From the NCBI RefSeq assembly GCF_006345805.1, contig NC_042998.1:126480001-126544000 (forward strand): 64,000 nt of DNA, given 5' to 3'. The stretch comes from Octopus sinensis (lineage: Eukaryota). The position numbers and the translations under genes were made by a program. A model generated the notes under the pieces. The model saw nothing but the letters and a program-made list of their open reading frames with translations. It made no database searches and was not told the origin of the DNA. This document shows positions 54,622 through 64,000 of the stretch, one piece after another. Each line of letters starts with the position of its first letter. Position 1 is the stretch's first letter.

Positions 54622-55200
54622 GTTGTAGTATATTGCATCAGTGGAAATATTGTACTTTTGAGATCAAAATGATATTGGCAACTGAATGCCACTTCACTTC
54701 TAAAGAATCGGTTAGTCATGAATAAATTCTGACTGAACTAAGCTGTCCATTATCAACTATTTGCTAGAATTCTCAGAATAATGACTGCTGTTTATATTAT
54801 GCTGAAATCATTTTTCTTCTTTTACATCGTGTTCTCCAGTTGATCATGCTAGCTTATGGTGAATTGGTTTGGTTATTTTTATTTATCTTGTATGTTCTGT
54901 ACATACTTTCTCATATAAATGCACATATAAACAGCAGCTGTTCTCTCTCTCTCTCTCGCACACACATATATATGCACATACATACATGCATGTATATATA
55001 CTAATATATGTTGAAGTGTATGTTTGTATTTATGTATTCATTTACATACATACTTGCATCTGTTCACATACTCACACACAAACACAGAACCAGACAAGTT
55101 TACCTTGCATTATAATATTATGTTGTTTCTCTTTGGCAATAATCATGTCCTTCAAAGTCTCCAAAAGTTGAAAGGATTGTGCTGGTGCTATTGTTGTTGC

Positions 55201-55245
<45 letters not shown>

Positions 55246-55568
55246 GTTGTAGTATATTGCATCAGTGGAAATATTGTACTTTTGAGATCAAAATGATATT
55301 GGCAACTGAATGCCACTTCACTTCTAAAGAATCGGTTAGTCATGAATAAATTCTGACTGAACTAAGCTGTCCATTATCAACTATTTGCTAGAATTCTCAG
55401 AATAATGACTGCTGTTTATATTATGCTGAAATCATTTTTCTTCTTTTACATCGTGTTCTCCAGTTGATCATGCTAGCTTATGGTGAATTGGTTTGGTTAT
55501 TTTTATTTATCTTGTATGTTCTGTACATACTTTCTCATATAAATGCACATATAAACAGCAGCTGTTCT
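54315..55568 (+). repeat. Direct tandem duplication, ~625-bp unit x2
   Basis: 54315-54942 repeats at ~54938-55568 with offset 628 then 624. I found no differences except microsatellite lengths ((GA)21 vs (GA)19, and the CT run). Confidence 0.96.
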
Positions 55569-55569
55569 A

Positions 55570-55604
<35 letters not shown>

Positions 55605-57436
55605 TACACACACACACACATTCAAACAGACAAAAGAGAGGTTTTCTTTTCTGCACATATAGGTGCAATATTTTCTCCTCCAGTTACAGACACAATTTCT
55701 GTTGAAAATGTATGCACGTATCTTTGTTCTTATGTGCAAACCCACACATTCCCTTCATTAGATAGACAGATGCATTTCTCATTTCCCCCGCGCTTCCCAT
55801 CACTCAATACATACATATAACCAAGCACCCGTATGTATAAACAAACACCTCCAAGAACCCATATAAACGCATACATAATTTAAGCAGATTAATTAGGTTA
55901 ATTTCTGACTGACTCAGCTTTTTAGTGTGGAACATGCATATATAATTCAATGTAGGGCTTTTTGTGTTTTCCTCGCACCACCACCACCGACGACGACAAC
56001 AACAACAACAACAACAACATTCATAGTAGCCAATTATGCAATCTAAAAGGTCTGTTCACTCCATCTGGGGCTCCTAGTATTTGGCAAAAATACATGGGTG
56101 TTTTAAGCTATTAGATCTGCTTATAAAAAATGCAATAGTTTTTGATATTTGTTCTGCTGCTTCAACCGACCAATCAATAGTTCTTGATTTGAGTTTGTTG
56201 TCTGGTTCTAGTCTTAACTGGATTATAGAAATAAATGGATTGCTAAGAAGGGCAAGTAGTGAAGATGGGTTGTACAATGAATAAATAACTAGCTGACTTA
56301 AATAAATTCTTTAAAGCATACAAGTGATATTCTAAAAGCCCCATAATTATTGGCTTTTATTTTCTTTTTCTGTTTTTTTTGTTCTTTGCTTTTTATTTTG
56401 TAAATTACTGGTCAAAATGTTCAAATTATTCTTTGAGGGTGTTGGATTCTAAATCTTAGATAGTAGAAGCTGTTCATTTTTGGCAAACTGCTTTTAGTTA
56501 TATAGAATCTGATCAAATTATGTTTCTGATTTTCTGAAATATATTGACATTTGATGTATTATCTCTGATCATGCATTTATAAATGCTAAATTTTGATTGG
56601 TTTGATTATTTTATTTTTCTTTTGTCTTCTCTGTGTTCTTTTGGTGATCTTTATACTTAATCTTCAAACCTTAGAGAATGCTCATCATTCTGTTGCGTCA
56701 TGGTAGTCAGTCACTATTTAAAACACATATATCATCATCATTGCCATCATCATTTTCATTGTCATCAACATTTCAATGGTTTGATACAAGTTTCCACTGT
56801 TCCACCAGTTGCTGGGTGGTGATTGTGCAGAATATGTGCTGTATGAGTTGAGTTATATTATTGAGTGAGAGTTGCATAGAATATGAGTTGTGTGAGCTTT
56901 TGTGGGTGGTGTGTCGGTTGTGTTGTATCGAGTGTTTATTCTGTTAGTGTATGTGCTGTGTTATATTATTGGATAGTGATTTTGTAGAGAAATGTCCAAT
57001 ATAGGTGGTGTTATTTGATTGACTGAAGATTGTATTGTATATTGAGCAATTGAATTGAAAGTGTCTTGTGTTGGATGTGACCGTGTCTAGTAAGGATTTC
57101 TTTTAATGTAGTAAGTTTATTATTATCACTGTCATTATTATAAACAAAGTATAAACCAACTTTATTCTTCCCCTGAAATGTGTGACCTTGTGCCTGTGTT
57201 TGAAATTATAATTATTTCATATGTATATCAACGTTTTACAGTGTGTTTATGACCTAAAGTCTTCTACTCTATACTACTGCACTTCTTAACATGTAAGTTC
57301 AATGAAAAAACTTGTTAATCCATTCACTATCTCTGAAGAGTTCAGATATTTATGAAATTGCACTTAATTTCAAATAAATTTGAGCTGATTTCGTTAGTTT
57401 AATTTTCCAATTTTTTTCTTATTTTCTCTCTTGTAG

Positions 57437-57560
57437 GAAGCAAGATCTCCGTGAAATGAAACGTTTACAGAAATCTGAAAACAAACAATATCAAGCTCTT
57501 ATTGTTAAGGCCCAGGTTGCAAAAGAACTCCAAGATAAGAAATTTGAAATGGAAATGCAG
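57437..57560 (+). CDS. SLK: Internal coding exon of an SLK/STK10(LOK)/slik-family Ste20-like kinase, start of the PKK coiled-coil region
   Basis: Acceptor ttttctctcttgtag (AG 57435-57436) and donor CAG|gtatgt (GT 57561). Enters in phase 2 and exits in phase 0. Translates (x)KQDLREMKRLQKSENKQYQALIVKAQVAKELQDKKFEMEMQ, resembling the recalled vertebrate SLK/STK10 segment RRQELRELRxLQKEE...RFEQEM. Confidence 0.88.
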
Positions 57561-57770
57561 GTATGTCAAGTTTTTCTTTTTGCATGTATCTCTAGTTCTA
57601 TTGTATTCTCAGTAAACTATCAGCTTAGGTATAGTATATATTCAGCAATGACCTTAGTACAGAGTCTGGAAGATAAGACACAACAAGAGCAACAGCAAAA
57701 CGAGAGTTGTATTGAGTGGTGGTTGTATAACCTTGGTTGTTTTAGACAAGCAGAAGTTATTGAAGTAACC

Positions 57771-57891
<121 letters not shown>

Positions 57892-58488
57892 TACATGTGT
57901 GTGATGGTGAATGCACATGTGTATGTATGTGTGAGTTAATCTAGAAAGAAATTGCTTCATTTAATTGTTTGCTTTTCCTTAATACACCAAATTTGATTGC
58001 TTTCAAAGTAATTAGCTTCTGTGAATGGGAGGAGACAAATATTTAGTGAAAGCAATGGTTTAAGCAAAATGAAGCTTTCTGGAGAGAAACTGGTATTGAT
58101 TTAACAGTCCAGTCATTGCCAGCTCTATAAATATTGCTCTGTTATTGAAATGTCTTTCAATGAAATTAGATAGTCTTTACTTAACACCTCCTATCTCTTT
58201 GGCATTCTCCCTGCAAATGAAACAAGCTGCTTTCCATACAACCACCAAAGATTGTGAACACATGACCTTTTCACAACCTTTTCTCAGAATTTATTTTTAT
58301 CACTTCCATATCATCTATCTGTATACATCATCATCATGATCATTGCTGTCATCATCACCACCACCACCTTCATCATACTGATGGTCGATATGATGAAAGC
58401 AATCATCAATTTTATATTTTACTAATGCTATAGTGGGCAGCTCTATACTATATATATATATATATATATATATATGCGTGTGTGTGTG

Positions 58489-58772
58489 TGGAGGCGTAAT
58501 GGCCCAGTGGTTAGGGCAGCGGACTTGCGGTTTCGATTCCCAGACCGGGCATTGTGAGTGTTTATTGAGCGAAAACACCTAAAGCTCCACGAGGCTCCAG
58601 CAGGGGGTGGTGGGGATCTCTTTTTTACTCTTTCGCCACAACTTTCTCTCACTCTTTCTTCTGTTGGCCTGCTCGCTTAGCCAGCGGGGTGGTGTCATTT
58701 GAAGGCTAAAACAATGCAAAGCGCATTGTGACCAGCGATGTGTAGCAACATCTGATAGCCTGGTCGGTCATG

Positions 58773-58776
<4 letters not shown>
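58489..58776 (+). mobile_element. Young-looking tRNA-derived SINE (family D), CpG-rich, between TA/TG runs
   Basis: Head ggaggcgtaatggcccagtggttagggcagcggact..gtttcgattccc (A/B boxes). The 3' end atctgatagcctggtcggtca runs into (TA)n. Confidence 0.8.
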
Positions 58777-58807
<31 letters not shown>

Positions 58808-58810
<3 letters not shown>

Positions 58811-59152
58811 GGCACGTGGCTCAGTGGTTAGAGCATCGGACCCACAATCATGAGGTTATAAGTTTGATTCCTGGGCCAGATTATGTGTTGTGTTCTTGAG
58901 CAAAACTTTTATTTCACATTGCGTTGGTTCAGTCCACTCAGCTGTAGAGATGAGTTGCGATGTCACTGGTGCCAAGCTGTATCAGCATTTGCCTTTCTCT
59001 TGGATTACATCAGTGGCATGTAGAGGGGAGGCTGGTATGCATGAGTGGCTGCTGGTCTTCTATAAACAGCCTTGCCTGGACTTGTGGCTTAAAGGGGAAC
59101 TTTCTAGGTGCAATCCCATGGTCATTCATGACCAAAGGGGGTCTTTACCCTT
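58808..59152 (+). mobile_element. tRNA-derived SINE with a family-B head and a different 3' body
   Basis: gaaggcacgtggctcagtggttagagc...gagtttgattcc...gtgttcttgagcaaaactttatttcac...cagtccactcagctg. It diverges from 14737-15063 after this point. Confidence 0.75.
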
Positions 59153-59716
59153 TATATATATATATATATATATACATACATACATACACACACTCACTTT
59201 TAAGTCTTACTAGTGAAAATAAATATACTTCTCTGAAGAGATTTAATAAGACGGAAATACACCTGCTGCTTTAAAGACAAGATCCAGTGCCATTTGCATT
59301 GCTTTATTTTCCAAAAACATTGATTACCTAATGTTATTGGAGTTATTTTATTTGGTTGTTTTTAAATTTTAAAACAACAAAATTGCAGTATAATATCGAA
59401 TGTAAGAAGTATTCTAGTGTACATGTATGAGCAGTGTTGTAGCAAAGCATGATGTGTGAGTGAGTAGCATTGTGTAAGATGACGTGTGTGTAGTTCTGTA
59501 GTGTAATGGGATGTGTGAATGGTATGGCAGTGCAGGTTGAATATGCTCTGTCTTAATTGAAATCTAATCTTTGTGAAGTGTGTTTTCACGTTTCCTTTGT
59601 ATTCTTGTGTGTATGTGTCTGTGCATTTGCAAATGTTTGTGCATGTTTGTGGGTGCATGTACTCATATTACTCCTTACTATAATTCTAACGACCTATTTA
59701 ATTTCTTGTTTTGCAG

Positions 59717-59845
59717 GGTCTTTTGAAAACTTATGAACAAGACCTGGATGGGCTGACTCGCCAGCAGAAACAGCAAGCTGAAAAGGTAGAATGCAACCAA
59801 GCAATGGAATCAAAGACAGCAGCCAAGAAAATTAAGATAGAGCAG
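59717..59845 (+). CDS. SLK: Next coding exon of the SLK/STK10-family kinase (PKK coiled coil)
   Basis: Acceptor tttcttgttttgcag (AG 59715-59716) and donor CAG|gtgagg (GT 59846). 129 nt, phase 0-0, in frame with the previous exon: GLLKTYEQDLDGLTRQQKQQAEKVECNQAMESKTAAKKIKIEQ. Resembles SLK/STK10 ...YDQEIENLEKQQKQ.IE..EQ.H..R....AKRI..EQ. Too short to appear in the ORF track. Confidence 0.88.
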
Positions 59846-60162
59846 GTGAGGTTGTTTTCTTAGATTTTCAGAATTCCTCCATTTTTAAGTCCAAAAGTTT
59901 ATACAAATTATAAAAGAAAAAAAAAAACAGTTGAGAACGTTTTATAGTTATTGTTTCTAATAACATGTAAGGTCCAACATGTGCCATTGCCTAGAAACTG
60001 ACACATGCACTGTGTGGTTAAGAAGATCATTTCACAATTGTGACTTCATGTTGATAACATTGTGAAGTACGTTGGGCAAGTGTTTTCTACTATAGTTCTG
60101 GATCAGATAATACTTTGAAAATGAAATTAGGTTGATGAAACCAGTAAGAAAGCCTGTAAACA

Positions 60163-60800
60163 GGTACTGTTTACTGTTGATCCCTTCTCCTGATACTGGC
60201 CCTTGTCAGTCCAAAAAGTTGTCTGCATTATTTTTCCTACTGTTGAGTTTTGAACATTTTTCTGAAGGGTGATAGTAGATGTTTCTTTTCTGTATCTAGT
60301 GTTTGCTCTCAAGTTCAGAGTGGTGTATTATTCATGTCTGATCTTCAGTGTTGATGTTTTTTTCTTTCTAAAGGAAGTATCACCTATGTTACTGTTGTAA
60401 TCTAAAAATTGTTGACAGATTTCAAAATGATTTTGTTTGCATAATACTGTGAGTTCCTTTTGGACCAATTTTGTACAAACTTTACTAAAGCCAAGTCTGC
60501 CATGGATGATTTGATAGACATAATCTTGTCTAATTTGCATATTATATGCAACTTTACCAATAGTCATCCATGCATCATGTCTCAGACTCATTCAGTTATA
60601 CCACTAGCACCGATTGTAGTTAAACTTCCAACTCTCCGTGATAGGACCATTTTTGAACTTTTCAGTTCATTCAAAGACAGTCCATAGTGACATTGTTCTC
60701 ACACTGTGCTTAAAGTCTTCAGTAAATTTCAACTCTTGATACACCATTAGCTCACAGAAAATGGAATATTGAATGCTGCTCTTCTGTGAAGCAAACAGAC
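60163..60800 (-). mobile_element. Fossil mariner (Tc1/mariner) transposase
   Basis: Minus-strand peptides EQHSIFHFL..., RHDAWMTIGKVAYNMQI...VYQIIHGRLGFSKVCTKLVQKELT (cf. LG..KVCARWVP..LT), KQNHFEICQQFL and STVGKIMQTTFWTDKG..YQEKGSTVNS (cf. SAGKVM.TVFWD..G...L..G.TVNS). Confidence 0.85.
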
Positions 60801-61929
60801 TGGAGTGATTCTGAGTAAAAGAATAACAATGACACTTGACATTTCAAATTCAAAACTGCACCTTCGTGACTAGAGGGAGACTACATCTAGTGGTATACAT
60901 GAAACGGATTTTCCCATCAATGTGGAAACACATGAAAGTGCATTGTAAATTATTAATGGTTCTTTTATTTTCACTAATCTTAACATGGATAAGATGATTA
61001 CATTCTTACAGTCTGTGCCCTTTGTAATGGTGGTATCTACCTTTGAATAATCCTAGCCATCCATTAGATTTCCATTGTCTCTAGTTCATTTTTGTTGTTT
61101 TGTAATTAATAGAATATGAATGGAGAATTTAGGTTGGCAGATACTGTACTGCATTGTGTCTGAAATGACTTTGTCTATCTATAAATAAACTACAGGAGAA
61201 GAAGAACTACAGCATTTTGTTAGTAGCAGCTACATTGTAAAATTGAGGAGTATTTCTTTGGCTTGCAGTGCTGAGTTCAATTCTGATCACAAAAATGTCA
61301 CCTGTGATTGATTAAGGGAAGTTGATCACCCTGAAAGTTAGAGATAGATAAACATCTGAGTCCCCATCATCTGATCAAATTCTGAAATTAAAGAAAAAGA
61401 CCAGTAACTATCTAAATATCCTGGTTTTATCTCTTTGTAATTAGCATTATTAGTCAAATATAATTATCTAGGTCTGTTTAACAATATCTTCTTGCTTGTA
61501 ACTAGAGTTGAATTTATATGGATTAAAAGCTATCAAAATAGCTTGACTCTGAGAGTTAAAACTTGTTGATGAGGATTAATAACCTTTATGGTTTTTTTTT
61601 CTTTCTAGTTTTTGAAAATATCTTTGGTAACATAATCAGTATAGTAAATCAAAGTTCTGTTTAATTATAACAGATTATGTTGGATATATTAACCGTTGGC
61701 ACATAATCTTGATAATTGGTGTATTGCTGACTAATTATAATTAATCAATGATAATTACCTTTGTCCTCATGAGTACAAATCACGCCAGTCTCTTTAAATG
61801 TCTACTTTGATGAATTTGATATTACACTAGCAACAATGGAAACAATATCAATAATATTAGCAGCAACAAAGACAGTTTATATCTTTGTTACTTAGTAATT
61901 ATGATTAAAGCAACTCTGATTCTTGATTA

Positions 61930-62375
61930 GTGAGTCCACGATGTATCCTACACCAGCTTCACATAACCAGCCCCAGCCCATTCAAAGTACCTTGGATCAT
62001 AGGACGACCTGCTGTGCTTAACTTGGATCGTAGGGCAACCTGCTGTAATTGAGGAGACCTACTGAGTCAAGTACATCAACATCAAAATAAAAATCAAATG
62101 AAAATTGTAGTTGTGATACCTGTGTCGGTGGCATGTAAAAAGCACCAACTGATCATGGCCATTGCCAGCCTCCCCTGGCACCTGTGCTGGTGGCATGTAA
62201 AAAGCACCCACTACACTCACAGAGTGGTTGGCGGTAGGAAGGGCATCCAGCTGTAGAAACACTGCCAGATCAAACTGGAGCCTGGTGCAGCCTCCTGGCT
62301 TCCTAGACCCTGGTCAAACCGTCCAACCCATGCTAGCATGGAAAACAGACGTTAAACGATGATGATGATGATGAT
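61930..62375 (+). mobile_element. RTE-LINE 3'UTR/tail copy ending in (GAT)n
   Basis: ggtggcatgtaaaaagcacccactacactc..agtggttggcggtaggaagggcatccagctgtagaaac...gacgttaaacgatgatgatg. Confidence 0.82.
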
Positions 62376-62959
62376 TGTTAAGGCAGTAGAGCAGCCAAAA
62401 AAAAAAGAGACTTGTATGTATAATTTAGCTATGTTCCTATGTTCTGAGATCAAATCTTGGTTGATACTCATATTGCTTTCCATTCCCTGTTGCCAGGACC
62501 TATCGAAATTAGGTAGAGGTAAGGAACTGATTATACCCCTTCCCTAAAAATTTGTGGATTTTTACTAACGCTAGAAAAGGGTCATCATTCACATCTTCAC
62601 TAATTTGATCATCACAAGCCAGTGAGAGAATTTCTAGAAATTGTCCAAAATCTCTCTCTGATCAGACCTATCATCTTTGAAAAAAAGAACAATATATTGG
62701 ATAATGTAGTCTAAAAATAAACAGTATAGAAAGACTTATTGGTCACAAGTAGAGTGTCTTTAATCATAGGCCAGCTTGATGCAGAGCTGACATAGGGCTA
62801 AATGGTACACCACTGCAGCTGCCATTTTTATCACATTTTTATTACATTGTCATTGTAATTATTATTGCTAGTATTGTTATTCCCATTTCTCACCAGTTAA
62901 ATTGGTCTTTATAAAGTAACCGGGTCTCAATTAGAGACCTAAACTTCACTGGAAGAATT

Positions 62960-63560
62960 TATTCCCAAGTCTATAACCTTCTTCATTTGTTTGGCACAGG
63001 ATTTGCTGGGGAGTTGCTTGAGGTGTCTGTTGAATTCTTTAAGTTTACCAAGAGCTTGTATAACAATTGGCATTATTTCCTTTTTAGTGTCTCACTTCTT
63101 TTGATTTTAATAGCCAATCTGCAACAGTTATTAGTCTTCTTGATGTCATTTATTAAAAGATTAGCATCATCTTTAGCAGCTACATTAATGAGACTATGTT
63201 CTTCATTGTTTTCTCTTAGATTACTAAAGCTGTTACTTTGCCTTTTCTATGTTGACAGATATGGTCTACAAAATTTTATGTTACCAATGTTTGCAGCCAT
63301 ACTTGAAACATGCTTAAATAAGCACGCAGTCATCTCAAGCTATAGATCCTTGCAAATCAACCATGTTATTTTTTTTTTGTGTGCCTGCATAAATATTCTT
63401 TAGGCGTTAAAGTAATCTAATTGTGTGACATACACCCTCATTAGAAGTGTGGCCTACAGGGCATTTGTTATTAATATTTTTATCTTAGAAATACACATTT
63501 GGTAAAATATTCAAAATCTGGTCTTGTACTATGAACAGTATCTTCCCAGTTCTTTTATTT
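62960..63560 (-). mobile_element. Second fossil R4/Dong-like RLE LINE C-terminus
   Basis: Minus strand: SLINVAAKDDANLLINDIKKTNNCCRLAIKIKR / IMPIVIQALGKLKEFNRHLKQLPSKSCAKQMKKVIDLG (cf. LIDVA...D.N...KE.EK..KY..L..EI.R.W...V.PIVIGALG......L..L......QK...LG). Confidence 0.68.
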
Positions 63561-64000
63561 TGACTAAAACTATGGATGTGATCTTGTTTCTACATGAAGC
63601 ATAGGTTTTGCTTTTAAGATATTACTCTGCATCCTTCCCATCTGTTCACGAAATTTGTGGCCTTGGGCCTCTGTCAGAAACAACTGCTAGTAGTAGTGGT
63701 GGTACTACTGCTGCTGCTGCTACTACTACTACTACTACATTTGGGAAGATGGGAATATAATTGTTTAAGTTGAGACTCCCATGCAACTGGTACTTATTTT
63801 ATTGATCCTGGAAGTGAACCCTGGTGGTAAGATTTGAATTCAAAATGTAAAGGGACATAACTAAAGCATTCAACCTGGAATTCTGTTGGTTCTACTATAT
63901 CTCCACTTACATTATTATTAGTAGCAGTAATAATGTGTGGCAGAGATAGCAAAGACAGTATAGCACTGGACTAGGTACTTTACTGAAATTAGTTTATACT

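Noticed and set aside
58489-58550. tRNA-like sequence (also at 14737, 48420 and 58808)
   Set aside because: A/B boxes are present but there is no complete cloverleaf and each runs into a SINE body, so these are SINE heads, not tRNA genes.
61991-62050. ~31-bp imperfect tandem duplication inside an RTE tail (a similar 24-bp one lies at ~32443-32485)
   Set aside because: An ordinary slippage duplication with no sign of function.
62987-63403. 138-aa hydrophobic plus-strand ORF that might be the next SLK exon or a membrane protein
   Set aside because: It has no coiled-coil or SLK similarity and is the antisense shadow of a decayed RLE-type LINE.

Overview
AT-rich eukaryotic DNA, dense in microsatellites, tRNA-derived SINEs and retroelement fossils, and most consistent with an octopus (coleoid cephalopod) genome. 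It appears to be mostly intron of one plus-strand gene. Two clean exons (57437-57560, 59717-59845) encode the start of the C-terminal coiled-coil (PKK) region of an Ste20-like kinase (SLK/STK10/slik family); the kinase-domain exons are not in the window. A GC/CpG-rich Ser-rich ORF at ~2.1-2.8 kb ends at a strong phase-2 donor that splices in frame to exon 57437 across ~54.6 kb, so it is a candidate alternative first or cassette exon of the same gene. The rest holds fossils of RTE and R4/Dong-like LINEs, Tigger/pogo, mariner and Helitron, TTAA-flanked MITEs and many SINEs. Most notable non-coding structures: an inverted pair of decayed Penelope-type minimal hammerhead ribozyme motifs (52.9-53.2 kb), a ~790-bp foldback (51.9-52.7 kb), a locally templated 38-bp insertion inside a LINE, a near-perfect ~625-bp tandem duplication and two TF-motif clusters. 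No prokaryotic features, CRISPR, rRNA or true tRNA genes were seen. Almost all listed ORFs are microsatellite artefacts. Family assignments come from recalled motifs, not database searches, and repeat boundaries are approximate.
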